A stretch of DNA of 64,000 nucleotides, taken from positions 1 through 64,000 of the forward strand of contig JAYWIR010000048.1 of NCBI GenBank assembly GCA_036172245.1, in the 5' to 3' direction. This DNA comes from Raillietiella orientalis. Taxonomy: Eukaryota. Positions 13,901 to 26,481 of this stretch are shown piece by piece. Each line of letters opens with the position of its first letter. Position 1 is the first letter of the stretch. Position numbers and translations under genes: made by a program. The notes below the pieces were generated by a model. It worked only from the letters and a program-made list of their open reading frames with translations, did not search any database and was not told where the DNA came from.

Positions 13901-14558
13901 CGACGGTTGCCTACCGGCGGAATGGGAGTTCTTCTGCAAAATAGCAAGAGTCAGTAAGCTTTTCGGCAGCTGGATGACAAAGGAGCTGGTGCAAGCCGCC
14001 ACACCTCGGAATCGGGCGAAGGTCCTGCTTCGGTGGAGTGAACATTTAAGTGTAACCATCGAAGAGATAGTGGTTCCCCCCGTTTGTTTGGACAGCTCCG
14101 TGTTCCCCCTTAAGTGGAAACAAGATGTGCTGCTCTTTTTACATTGTGCATTACACTGTAATAGGCAGCGAAGCATCGTTTCCGGGGGAGCTGCTTTGCC
14201 AAACTGTTTAAGGTGCGGAGAGATCGAGTCTTTTCCGCACCTTTTGCTTGACTGCGGTGACCTCCGGGAACTGTGGCGAAGGCTCACTTCGGCCATCATG
14301 CCACAAAGAGGCACTGCTATTGATGTGCTGCGGCGCTTCTTCAGCAAAAATGGACTTTCGGTTGGTGCGATCGTCGCAACCATGTGTTCCGTTCGCGCCA
14401 CCGTGAAGGCCCGATACGCCCTGGAGTTGTCAGCGCAGCGAAGGGTTGCTCACTTGCTTGCAGCTCAATTCATGGAGAAGGCATCAAGGTGGTCTCATCT
14501 TCGTGACAAGGTGAATGAGGACATCACCGGCATACATCGCATTCATACAGACCTTTGA
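10988..14558 (+). pseudogene. Family E ORF2 (EN-RT-Zn finger) with several stops/frameshift
   Basis: SWNVNG, LLQE, GEFN, DLHKAFD, RKGDRLSP, YADD, YLG, CLRCGEIESFPHLLLDC; stops at ~11339, 12707, 13124, 13727. Confidence 0.9.
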
Positions 14559-14880
14559 GAACGGCGTAATCCGGTGACCCCTGCGACCTCTTCCCCACCC
14601 ATACCCCGTCCCCGTTCGCTCGGTAAAATTTCCGGTGCCCATGCTTTTATCCCCGTGTCTTCCAGAGCGATCCCAAAGACCCTTATCCCGTCCTCCTTAT
14701 TCATTGTTTTTATTTTATTTTGGTTTCTTTGTGTTCCCCGCCCCCCCACACCGTTCACAAAACTGTTATTCTGGCCTGCGTCCCAGCAATATTCTCTTTA
14801 TTCTTTTTCAGTCGTCGGATGGGAGTTTGGTTCCCAACTGGTTTATTTTGTATAATTGCTTTTTTGTTTTTGTTATATGG

Positions 14881-14910
14881 AATAAACGCCCCGGCGTGAC
14901 CGAGTGAGAA
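14881..14910 (+). terminator. Element 3' terminus: AATAAA + GC hairpin + GTGAnAAA (representative of 9 sites)
   Basis: Directly abuts the TSD; homologues at 1515, 15456, 19911, 32183, 36479, 38559, 50002, and an analogue at 4685. Confidence 0.75.
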
Positions 14911-15455
14911 ATCTCTTGCGCTTGTTCTGCAGAGTTCACGTGGATCTTCTGCAGCAGTGCAAGGTCGTAGGACTCCATAAGGGCGGCCATGTCTCGTCTC
15001 CTGCCGGCGTATGTCAAGCCGTTCACGTTCCAAACGGCGATGCGCAGACGGCGGCGGTAGGAGATTATTGGCATTACTGCTGGGAAGATTAAGGTGTTGG
15101 GGAGGCCGCCTCTTGCGAAGCGGGAGGGATGTCGATAGGGGTTTCGGCCTTCTCAGGAACCTGATGCACCTGTTCGGCCTCCACCCCCTCCATCCCCAGG
15201 TGTCCGCGCGTGGGAGTCCCTCGGACGACGGGTCCCGAGAGTTACCCACGCTCATTGCACCCTCGCTTGCGGAAGCCATCTCTTCCCCTTCGACGGGGGA
15301 GACGAGCTTCCTTGGCTTTGTGGACTAACGTCCAGCCTTCTTGCGCGGTGCAGTGGAAACGGATGCTGCGCTTCCGGCCTCCACATCGGGGTCGGAAGTG
15401 GGGGCCTCCTGAGGGGAGGACGGACGCCTTACGGCCTTCTTGCCAGCATTGGAGG
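14911..15455 (-). mobile_element. LINE family A middle part: ORF1 C-terminus and EN N-terminus
   Basis: VWNVNG...DLALLQKIHVNSAEQAQEI joins EQICRGQLWYRCG at <3310; TAATG at 15072-15076. Confidence 0.85.
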
Positions 15456-15715
15456 TTTACACCCGGGTACGCCCGGGGCGTTTATTGCTAAAACTCTACA
15501 TCCGCGGTACAAGGCCCCGCTCACGGCCATATGCACTGGACCTGCCGGGACGCCGAAACGCAGCCCAGCGTAGCGTTTCTCAGCAGCGGAGGGGGATGGG
15601 GATAAAACAAAAAGAAAAATAAAAAATAAACAGACAAAAAGAAGTTGGAGGGCAGGGAAGGGATCACTAGACGCTGTGAGGAGGGCCCATCCGTTGAAGG
15701 AAGCCCTCGAGGTCT
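15456..15715 (-). mobile_element. LINE 3' end attributed to family B
   Basis: DLEGFLQRMGPPHS and UTR match 38559-38815; terminal motif 15456-15486. The family link to B ORF1 is inferred from nest geometry. Confidence 0.75.
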
Positions 15716-17901
15716 TAAAGTACCCGCAGTGGGGATCCCCAGGCGGATCCAGTCGGACTGCACCTCCCACGACGTACCCACAGGAATGACCACGCTCTTC
15801 TCTCTGTTCACGCTCATGCCCGCTCCCCGACGAATCAGGTCGAAGAAATTCTCGAAACTGGACGCCGGGGTGGACATGGGGAGCAGAAGAAGCAGGTCAT
15901 TACGTAGGCGGCCACGACAGGCGTTCCCGGGCAGGAGCTTGGCATGTGAGACAGCGTCAGCCTGTATGCTCTTAGCACCAACTCAAAGAAGATGCTGAAG
16001 AGCAACGGGCTTAAGCTGTCGCCCTGTCGGATGCCCCAACGAACGGGAATACCATACACGCGGCAGCCGCTGAAAGTAATGCAGGTTAGCGCGTGGCGCC
16101 AGCACGCGCGCAAATACAGCAGGAGTTGCGCCGGGAACCCAAGGCGTTCCATAAGCTCCAAAAGCAGCTTCTGGTTTACGCAGTCGAACGCCTTGTGGAG
16201 ATCGACCACGACCGCCAAGGCACCTGGCGTTCCCTCCTGCCGTCGGCGCCTGTTCTTCTTGCCTGTGGCAGTGACTTTCGCAGCAGCCTGGCTTTGCTGC
16301 GCCACAACTTCCTGCAGCTGCATCCATGTACGCGCGAAAAGGATGTTCGCCTCCATGGATCGTCCCGGAACCGCGTAGGTTTGTTCCGGGCTCACCACAG
16401 ATTCCGCGATTCTTCCTAACCGCACGACCCACAGCTTGGAAAACAACTTGACGTCCGAGTTCACCAAGGTGATCGGACGCCAGTTGTTAAGTTGGCGCAA
16501 GTCTCCGCCTTTCGGCAGGAGACTCACCTTCGCTGAGCGGAAGGAATCCGGGACATTCCCGGATTCACTCATCAGCGTCGCGAGTTTCAGCATCAAGGGA
16601 ATGAGCTCCACTGCAAAGCACTGATAAAACTCTGCAGGGAGCCCATCCTCGCCTGGCGCCTTTCTTCTCTTCAGCCCAGCGATGGCGGACGAAAATTCAT
16701 CCGCCGTGAAGGGCTCGTCGAGACGTTCGCGTTCCTCCTCGCCGACAACACGAGCATCCTGAGACAGGAGTATCTCAGAAAGAATATCCTCCGTCGGGGA
16801 TTCCGCGTAGAGCGAGGAGTAGTAGCGTCTCACAATGCGGCGTACTTCGGCTGGGGCCGAGCATTCCTGGCCCTTGTCGTCCAACAGGCATGCTGCTCCG
16901 GACTGCCAGACCTGGCGCTCGGCCCTCGCCTTGTACTCTGCGAAACGCCCGACATCCGCGCGTCTCGAAAACGTGCGGGCCTGCAGAAAGTCTCTACTGT
17001 TGGCCACGCCCTCTCCGAAACCGCGTGGAAGCCGGTGCAAGGGGAATTGGCAGCAGAACTCGCGGACAGATCTTTTGAGATCGTCCCAGTCCGCAAGTTC
17101 TTGAATGGCAAAGCCTCGGAGGTATCCACGTAGATGCTCCGCAGCCTCCGGTTGGCTAAGCCAATCAGCCTGCATCCTCCAGCTTTGCAACGGAGACCCC
17201 CTGCCTGGCGGAAGGATCTCAAACTCCAACCTGTGGTGGTCAGAAAGCTCAGTCAACAATCTTCCTCTCCTACCCACACGCGAATGCAGGTTTTCATCGA
17301 GGAAAACGTGATCGAGCGATCTTTCCATTCCAGGTTCGCTGACCATCAAGTTGGCGGCGTGCACGGACGCGCACATCTCGATGGGCAGCGCGCGTTCCCT
17401 CGGGCGGCTCCAATCGTCGGAGAGCAGGCGGACGTTGAAGTCCCCAGCGACGAGGTGCGCCACTTGGAAACCGGAGTTGTTGAGCCAGTGGCTCTGCACC
17501 TCACCAAGGAAAGCTACTCTTTCTTCGAGGTAGCGAGAGCCACTCGGCGCGTAGACGTTCGTAACGACGAGATCGATGGACTCGGACCACTTGATGACAA
17601 GCTGGCCTATCCGTCCGTCGTCATCGAAACGAACACTACGCACCGCTTCCGCCATTTTTCCTCTTACAAGGAACGCGACGCCGCACGTGTGTGCGCCGCC
17701 GCACCGCCAATGTAGCGTTCCGCCTGCGCGCTCCTCGATTTCGGCTGCCTGCTCGTCGGAGATTACGTGAATCTCCTGCAGGAGCGCGAGGTCGAAGGGG
17801 CGAAGGGCGTTGGCTACTAATCGCCTCTTCTCGTCGTTCTGCAGTCCGTTCACGTTCCAACACGTTACGGACAGACGACGAGAAGACGCGATTCCCCGCA
17901 T
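15716..17901 (-). pseudogene. Family D ORF2 EN-RT, truncated; frameshift at YADD
   Basis: 688-aa ORF with CWNVNG, GDFN, SDH, DLHKAFD, RQGDSLSP. Confidence 0.9.
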
Positions 17902-19824
17902 TACTGCTGGGAAGGTGGCGGCTTTTTGCTCTCTTTATCCGGCGAGCAGACGGCGAGCAGCACGACTGGCTGGAGGGGACGGTCGCCACCGTCCTCTGTC
18001 GTGCTGCATGCATGTAATGCCTCCACGCCAGGCTTATCCCCGTCGGGTTTCGTGGAGACTTCGCGTGGCTTCGCGGCTACAGTTGCCTGGCTGCCTACTT
18101 TTGATCGGCGCGCACACGCTTTCGAACGAGTTGTCCTCGTCTCGGTGATCGGAACGGCATCCATTTCGGAGTCCGACCGGCGCATGTTCGATCGGGTTTC
18201 GGCCTTCCGCGAAGCAGTGACAGGTTCTGCTGGATTGACAGCTGTCCTGTTGTCGTTTTCCGTCACCAGAGCATCGCTTTTGGTGACGGCTGCTTTCCCG
18301 GCTCGCGCGTTTTCAGCGTGCTCACGCGCAGCTGCACGAGGGACCTTTGCTGAAGTCTTCTTTACTTCATTACGGTTCCTCACTTCGCGTGGCGCCGTAA
18401 ATGGAGATTGTGCTCCATTGCCATCTTTGAAGCCATCCGCGTCTTTGGACGGGAGCACTTTGGATGGCTTCGACACGCTCGTCATGGACGCTGCCTTCGG
18501 AAGGGATTTTAATCCCTTCGTTGGCATGGCATCCGCGCCAGTCGAGAGCTTCCTCTCCGATTGCGACGGCGTGAGATTTTACTCCGCTTTCGCGGTGTTG
18601 GATCGCGACGCGGATTTTTTTTTTGCTGACTTTCGAAGTCGAAACGGCACAACCCTTCTTACCCGATTTGGGCTTCTCAGCCACTGCAGGAGGTGAAGGA
18701 ATGGATCTGACGGTACTGGAAGTGTCCTTACCGCCGTTGTCCATTGGCGTCCCCGCCGGTTGCTCGAACTCTGAGAGAGCCGGGCGTGCTTGGGAAGGAC
18801 AGCTATTGCGCCTAGGGGGACTTACCATTGCCCCGGATTCCCCGCACCCTTTCTTTTGCGGCTCCCCTGCCGCGAGAGGGGGCGCGCAGGGCTTCGCGTG
18901 CGAGGTTTCCTGCTGCTTTGGGGCGACATTCTGCCTCGCGATTTTTCGGAATTTCTGCCGTGGGGTCTCCAGGTTTTTCGCAGATTTTTTCTTTTTATCC
19001 GCGCTTTGTTTTTTAAAATGGAGCTCCGCGGCTGCCTTTTTTCGCAAAAGATCCGGGCAATTTTTTAATTGGTGCCCGGATAGTTTGCAATAACGGCATT
19101 TTCCAGAGGGGCATTTATCCAAACAATGCCCCTCCTTCCCGCATTGCTCGCACGTTCTTACTTTGCCCACGAACCACAGGTGAACGACCGTGTCTTTCAC
19201 CTGTAGTTTCGTGGGCAGCAGACGGCGGTACGGCATTGTAAGCCGGACTCCAGCGACTCCGCTATGTATGGACGGGAAGTCCTTGAGGTTGCTACGCATC
19301 CTCCACAGCGCATGGACCGTGGCGAATTTTGCCAACGCGTTCCGAATATCAATATCGGAGATTTCCGACTCGATGTCGAAAATCTCCGCCACAAATGAGT
19401 CGTACATGGCGGCCGGGAAGACCTTCTGGCCACGGATCGACAACGGGGTGCGCAGCAAGCGTTGCACAAGTGCAGCGTCTTTGCAACGCACCTTGAAATA
19501 GCCCATGTCTTTTACGGGCATAATGGCGAGAAGGTCATCCTCCCGCACGCCAACACGGGTCAGTTCATCGTTGAACTGATTTCCGTCGCGCGCAGAAAGA
19601 AAGCCACTCACCTTATATCGGAGAGCAGGTCTATAGCCTTGGGCTACGTATGCCCGCAACTCCGACTCGTCGAGTGGTTTCCCTTTGACGGCTGCTGTGG
19701 CAGCAACGTCAGCAAAACTCCTCTCCATTGGCGAGAAAGACGAAGTGGAGGCGGCCGTCGGTTCCGCGATTGCAGATCCGGATGCTGTTCCTCCAACTTC
19801 AGTAGCTTCAAGTTGGGTCGCCAT
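17901..19824 (-). pseudogene. Family D ORF1, one frameshift in an A-run (~18615-18624)
   Basis: CEQCGKEGHCLDKC, CRYCKLSGHQLKNC; the A-run is 10 nt here versus 9 nt in the sister copy. Confidence 0.85.
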
Positions 19825-20224
19825 CGTCGTCAAAATCTACGACGCCAACATGAAGCGGATGAAAGCACGGAGACGAGAGCGAAGAAAAGCACGTCCGCAC
19901 TCGATTGAAATTTATCACCCGGTCACGCCGGGGCGTTTATCAATAATAATAAACTGGTCAGGGACAATGTCCTTAACCAACAGAACGACAGAGAACATAG
20001 AAAAATTACCGGCACGCAGGCCTGGTAAACAAACCGCTCGCAGCGTGGAGGGAATGAGGGGAAACAAACAAAAATCAAAAACTGGAGGGAAGGGTAACGG
20101 GTTTTTCGTTAGGCTCCGTACTCACGGGGATTTATACGATGAGCACCTAAAATGTTCCGGAGCCTATGGGGATGCGGGTGTAAAAAGAAAATACAAATTT
20201 AGTTTATGGAGGGTAGGGCAATGA

Positions 20225-23200
20225 TCACCGGGTTGGCCGCTGATGAGGGTGTGTAAACCGGCGGTGTATTGCGGCGAGATTCCTCTTTGTCTCCTCTGTC
20301 AAATGAGGCCATCTAGCGGATGCTCCCATGTAGAAGGATGCTTTGCTGATTACCTCTTGGTGCTGTCCGTTGATTACCAACGCCTGGCGGACGGAAACTA
20401 TCGCGCGTATGCAACCGATGGTTGCAATCCTTGCGCTTAGTGAAAGCCTGCTCGGCGTGAAGAATCGTCGCAGCAAGTCTCTTGCGGTGTCCACGGGATG
20501 CAATAGTGCTGTTGCTGCCTACGCCACAGTCCTTGTAGGACACCGCAGTCCAGAAGTAGGTACGGAATCGACTCCGTGGATCCGCACCGAACGCAGTTCG
20601 CAGACGCAAGTCCCCCGGAGTCACGATGCCAACGCTCGTTGCACTGTAAACCCCAGGGAACGAAAAGCAGCACGGATTGTTTTCAAGCAAGGGGTAGCAG
20701 CGAACTGTCAATACACTGTGGAGGGAGTACAAGTTCTTCGGGGGTGACAGCAAGTTCTTCTGCCCACCGGAGGAGTCCCTTTGCAGTAACACGAGGAGTG
20801 GCGGCGTCCGCCAACTCACTCGTCTTCCAGGCGTCAAGGAGTTTGGTTTTTCCCGCTATCGTGCAGGAAACTTCCCACCTCGCCGGTTGGTAACTGTCGT
20901 TTCCTGCCCTCAGGGCAGACAGCGCTGCGGCAAGAGGCGTGGCAGCCAGGGTAGAAAACTTCACCTCGTCCTGCAGTACTTCTTCCAAGGATCGTGGAAA
21001 AAATTGGCGCATGGGGCGAAGATCTTCAGGGCGTATTCCTTGGAATGCCGCCCAAGATTCAACAGACTCCTGCCGTCAAGCTTCAAAGTTCATTGGGCGG
21101 CAGGAGATCCAAGAGTGTGCTTCCAGAAGTGCGGTCAACTGCCGCAATGGAAACCCGAAACCCCGCTTCCTGTATTGAGTGCCCGGCAAAAGCGAGAGAA
21201 ATCCTCCGCTGCCATCGCATCTCCGCAGGAGAATGCGAGCTGGCACACACAGGAAGGATGTCCATAGCTGGGCACACAGTGCCAGCAGTCGGAACTGCAC
21301 CTGCAGTCCGATTCGCTTCATTGTCAGGATACCCAAACCAGCATCCCGACGCGGAGCTGACAAATCTTTAAGGCGGATCCTGGATCTCGCCGGACCCCAG
21401 AGAGCGTTCCTCAGCAGGCGCTTAGCCCGCTGTTTTGCCGCATAGGGGGGGTCCAAAACAAAAAACAGGGGACGGAGGAGGGGGGCCACAAAGGTGTTCC
21501 AAATAGTCGCCCGTTCCTGCAAGGTAATCTTGCCGTTAAAGAACGGGCTGATGGCCAACTCTGCTTTCTGAAGACAGTTCGCCCACGCTTCGGCTGCGCC
21601 GAAAGCGCCCAACGGAACGCCAAGGTACTTAAAGTACTCGCCCGTGGGGATCCCCAGGCGGATCCAGTCGGACTGCCCCTCCCACGACGTACCCACAGGA
21701 ACGACCACGCTCTTCTTTCTGTTCACGCTCACGCCCGCTCCCCGACGAATCAGGTCGAAGAAATCCTCGACACTGGACGCCGGGGTGGAGATGGGGAGCA
21801 GAAGAAGCAGGTCATCAGCGTAGGCGGCCACGGCAGGCGTTCCCGGGCAGGAGCTTGGCAAGTGAGACAGCGTCAGCCTGTATGCTCTTAGCACCAACTC
21901 AAAGAAGATGCTGAAGAGCAACGGGCTTAAGCTGTCGCCCTGTCGGATGCCTATACGAACGGGAATACCATACACGCGGCAGCCGCTAAAAGTGATGCAG
22001 GTTAGCGCGTGGAGCCAGCACGCGCGCAAATACAGCAGGAGTTGCGCCGGGAACCCAAGGCGTTCAATAAGCTCCAAAAGCAGCTTCTGGTATACGCAGT
22101 CGAACGCCTTGTGGAGATCGACCGCGACCGCCAAGGCACCTGGCGTTCCCTCCTGCCGTCGGCGCCTGTTCTTCTTGCCTGTGGCAGTGACTTTCGCAGC
22201 AGCCTGGCTTTGCTGCGCCACAACTTCCTGCAGCTGCATCCATGTACGCGCGAAAAGGATGTTCGCCTCCATGGATGGTCCCGGAACCGCGTAGGTTTGT
22301 TCCGGGCTCACCACAGATTCCGCGATTCTTCCTAACCGCACGACCCACAGCTTGGAAAACAACTTGACGTCCGAGTTCACCAAGGTGATCGGACGCCAGT
22401 TGTTAAGTTGGCGCAAGTCTCCGCCTTTCGGCAGGAGACGCACCTTCGCTGAGCGGAAGGAATCCGGGACATTCCCGGATTCACTCATCAGCGTCGCGAG
22501 TTTCAGCATCAAGGGAATGAGCTCCACTGCAAAGCACTGATAAAACTCTGCAGGGAGCCCATCCTCGCCTGGCGCCTTGCGTCTCTTCAGCCCAGCGATG
22601 GCGGACGAAAATTCATGCGCCCCGAAGGGCTCGTCGAGACGTTCGCGTTCCTCCTCGCCGACAACCCGAGCATCCTGAGACAGCAGTATCTCAGAAAGAA
22701 TATCCTCCGTCGGGGATTCCGCGTAGAGCGAGGAGTTGTAGCGTCTCACAATGCGGCGAACTTCGGCTGGAGCCGAACATTCCTGGCCCTTGTCGTCCAA
22801 CAGGCATGCTGCTCCGGACTGCCAGACCTGGCGCTCGGCCCTCGCCTTGTACTCTGCGAAACGCCCGACATCCGCGCGTCTCGAAAACGTGCGGGCCTGC
22901 AGAAAGTCTCTACTGTTGGCCACGCCCTCTCCGAAACCGCGTGGAAGCCGGTGCAAGGGGAATTGGCAGCAGAACTCGCGGACAGATCTTTTGAGATCGT
23001 CCCAGTCCGCAAGTTCTTGAATGGCAAAGCCTCGGAGGTATCCACGTAGATGCTCCGCAGCCTCCGGTTGGCTAAGCCAATCCGCCTGCATCCTCCAGCT
23101 TTGCAACGGAGGCCCCCTGCCTGGCGGAAGGATCTCAAACTCCAGCCTGTGGTGGTCAGAAAGCTCAGTCAACAATCTTCCTCTCCTACCCACACGCGAA

Positions 23201-23817
23201 TGCAGGTTTTCATCGAGGAAAACGTGATCGAGCGATCTTTCCATTCCAGGTTCGCTGACCATCAAGTTGGTGGCGTGCACGGACGCGCACATCTCGATGG
23301 GCAGCGCGCGCTCCCTCGGGCGGCTCCAATCGTCAGAGAGCAGGCGGACGTTGAAGTCCCCAGCGACGAGGTGCGCCACTTGGAAGCCGGAGTTGTTGAG
23401 CCACTGGCTCTGCACCTCACCAAAGAAAGCTACTCTTTCTTCGAGGTAGCGAGAGCCACTCGGCGCGTAGACGTTCGTAACGACGAGATCGATGGACTCG
23501 GACCACTTGATGACAAGCTGGCCTATCCGTCCGTTGTCATCGAAACGAACACTATGCACCGCTTCCGCCATTTTTCCTCTTACGAGGAACGCGACGCCGC
23601 ACGTGTGTGCGCCGCCGCACCGCCAATGTAGCGTTCCGCCTGCGCGCTCCTCGATTTCGGCTGCCTGCTCGTCGGAGATTACGTGAATCTCCTGCAGCAG
23701 CGCGAGGTCGAAGGGGCGCAGGGCGTTGGCTACTAATCGCCTCTTCTCGTCGTTCTGCAGTCCGTTCACGTTCCAACACGGTACGGACAGATGACGAGAA
23801 GACGCGATTCCCCGCAT
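20225..23817 (-). pseudogene. Family D ORF2: 913-aa open EN-RT, then stop-interrupted C-terminal domain
   Basis: YADD, KYLG; TGA at 21076 and 20683; CVRCGSTESIPYLLLDC in 20437-20673. Confidence 0.9.
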
Positions 23818-25739
23818 TACTGCTGGGAAGGTGGCAGCTTTTTGCTCGCTTTATCCGGCGAGCAGACGGCGAGCAGCACGACTGGCTGGAGGGGACGGTC
23901 GCCACCGTCCTCTGTCGTGCTGCATGCATGTAATGCCTCCACGCCAGGCTTAACCCCGTCGGGTTTCGTGGAGACTTCACGTTGCTTCGCGGCGAGCGTT
24001 GCCTGGCTGCCTACTTTTGATCGGCGCACACACGCTTTTGAACGAGTTGTCCTCGTCTCGGTGATCGGAACGGCATCCATTTCGGAGTCCGACCGGCGCA
24101 TGTTCGATAGGGTTTCGGCCTTCCGCGAAGCAGTGACAGGTTCTGCTGGATTGACAGCTGTCCTGTTTTCGTTTTCCGTCACCAGAGCATAGCTTTTGGT
24201 GACGGCTGCTTTCCCGGCGCGCGCGTTTTCAGCGTGCTCACGCGCAGTTGCACGAGGGACCTTTGCTGAAGTCTTCTTTATTTCATTACGGTTCCTCACT
24301 CCGCGTGGCACCGTAAATGGAGATTGTGCTCCATGGCCATCTTTGAAGCCATCCGCGTCTTTGGACGGGAGCACTTTCGATGGCTCCGACACGCTCGTCA
24401 TGGACGCTGCTTTCGGAAGGGCTTTTAATCCCTTCGTTGGCATGGCATCCGCGCCAGTCGAGAGCTTGCTCTCCGACTGCGACGGCGTGAGGTTTTTCTC
24501 CGCTTTCGCGGTGTTGGATCGCGACGCGGATTTTTTTTTGCCGACTTTCGAAGTCGAAACAACACAACCCTTTTTACCCTATTTGGGCTTCTCAGCAACT
24601 GCAGGAGGTGAAGGAATGGATCTGACGGTACTGGAAGTGTCCTTACCGCCGTTGTCCATTGGCGTCCCCGCCGGTTGCTCGAACTCTGAGAGAGCCGGGC
24701 GTGCTTGGGAAGGACAGCTAATGCGCCTAGGGGGACTTACCATTGCCCCGGATTCCCCGCACCCTTTCTTTTGCGGCTCCCCTGCCGCGCGAGGGGGTGC
24801 GCAGGGCTTCGCGTGCGAGGTTTCCTGCTGCTTTGGGGCGACATTCCGCCTCGCGTTTTTACCGAATTTCTGCCGTGGGGTCTCCAGGTTTTTCGCAGAT
24901 TTTTTCTTTTTATCCGCGCTTTGTTTTCTAGGATGGAGCTTCGCCGCTGACTTTTTTCGCAAAAGATCCGGGCAATTTTTCAATTGGTGCCCGGATAGTT
25001 TGCAATAACGGCATTTTCCAGAGGGGCATTTATCCAAACAATGCCCCTCCTTCCCGCATTGCTCGCACGTTTTTACTTTGCCCACGAACCACAGGTGAAC
25101 GACCGTGTCTTTCACCTGTAGTTTGGTGGGCAGCAGACGGCGGTCCGGCATTGTAAGCCGGACTCCAGCGACTCCGCTGTGTATGGACGGGAAGTCCTTG
25201 AGGTTGCTACGCGCCCTCCACAGCGCCTAGACCGTGGCGAATTTCGCCAACGCGTTCCGAATATCAATATCGGAGATTTCCGGCTCGATGTCGAAAATCT
25301 CCGCCACAAATGAGTCGTCCATGGCGGCCGGGAAGACCTTCTGGCCACGGATCGACAACGGGGTGCGCAGCAAGCGTTGCACAAGTGCAGCGTCTTTGCA
25401 ACGCACCTTGAAATAGCCCATGTCTTTTACGGGCATAATGGCGAGAAGGTCCTCCTCCCGCACGCCAACACGGGTCAGTTCATCGTTGAACTGATTCCCG
25501 TCGCGCGCAGAAAGAAAACCACTCACCTTATATCGGAGAGCAGGTCTATAGCCTTGGGCTACGTATGCCCGCAACTCCGACTCGTCGAGAGGTTTCCCTT
25601 TGACGGCTGCTGTGGCAGCAACGTCAGCAAAACTCCTCTCCATTGGCGAGAAAGACGAAGTGGAGGCGGCCGTCGGTTCCGCGATTGCAGATCCGGATGC
25701 TGTTCCTCCAACTTCAGTAGCTTCAAGTTGGGTCGACAT
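23817..25739 (-). pseudogene. Family D ORF1 with in-frame stops
   Basis: Pieces 25227-25763, 24579-25151 and 23817-24443 are colinear with copy 1. Confidence 0.85.
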
Positions 25740-25818
25740 CGTCGTCAAAATGTACGACGCCAAGATGAAGCGGATGAAAGCACGGAGACGAGAGCGAAGA
25801 AAAACACGTCCGCACTCG

Positions 25819-26450
25819 ATTGAAATCTCCCGCTATCAGGTGAGCCTTCCGCACGCTCGTGTTAGCCAGCCAGTCGCGCTTCAGGGATGCAAGCAGCCTG
25901 GTACGGTTGCTGTATCCCTTTTGACCGGTTGTGGCGTACACATTCGTGACGATCAGATCGATCGAGTCGGACCAGCCGAGAGTCAGCTGACCGACCCGAC
26001 CGTCGTCATCGAAGCGCACGCCCTTCACGGCAGCGTCGATGGCCGGCTTCACGAAGAACGCGACCCCGCAGGTGTTGCGGATGCCGCATTGCCAGAACAG
26101 GCGACCCCCCGCGATCGTCTCGATCTCCTGGACGTCTGCCGCGGTGATCACGTGGATCTCCTGCAACAGGGCCAGGTCGAACTCTCGCAGGGTGTCGGCT
26201 GTATCTCGCCTGTTACCGTCGTCGCGCAGCCCGTTGACATTCCAACAGGCGGCGCGAATCCGACGGCGACTGGCGAGCCCAGGTGTACTCCTGGGAAGAT
26301 GGCAGTGCGGCGTCCGCCACCTGCTGGAGCGGGACGCTAGGTGGAGGAGAGGGGTCAGGTGCTGAAGGCAACTGGTCCCCCTCCTCCATAGGAAACTGTA
26401 CGTCGAGCGGGTCACACACAGGTGGGGTCGCGCCTACCTGATCGCCCTCT
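25819..26450 (-). mobile_element. LINE family B fragment: ORF1 tail + EN up to GDFN
   Basis: ACWNVNG...LLQEIH...NVYA...HLIAGDFN in ORF 25723-26415. Confidence 0.88.
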
Positions 26451-26478
26451 CCTCCACCTAGCGTCCCGCTCCAGCAGG
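26320..26478. repeat. Perfect 34-bp inverted repeat (26320-26353 / 26445-26478)
   Basis: cctgctggagcgggacgctaggtggaggagaggg and its exact reverse complement. Confidence 0.9.
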
Positions 26479-26481
26479 AAA

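Larger units (their letters stand above)
3328..14910 (+). mobile_element. LINE family E, full length, interrupted by the family F insertion
   Basis: TSD atctcttgcgct(c/t)gt(a/t)c at 3311-3327 and 14911-14927; 5' motif gcagacgtgtttcc at 3331; 3' AATAAA-hairpin at 14881-14910; ORF1 and ORF2 in order. Confidence 0.9.
15716..19903 (-). mobile_element. LINE family D copy 1, 5' intact, 3' truncated in RT
   Basis: 5' motif at 19884-19899; ORF1 19824-17901; ORF2 from 17901 down to GIPT..YFK at ~15716. Confidence 0.9.
19911..25818 (-). mobile_element. LINE family D copy 2, full length
   Basis: 5' motif 25799-25814; 3' terminus 19911-19941; near-identical to copy 1. Confidence 0.92.

Noticed and set aside
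12700..21080. Alternative genetic code with TGA=Trp
   Set aside because: Stops also replace Cys, Glu, Gln and Tyr, and TGA ends ORF2s normally; this is consistent with decay.
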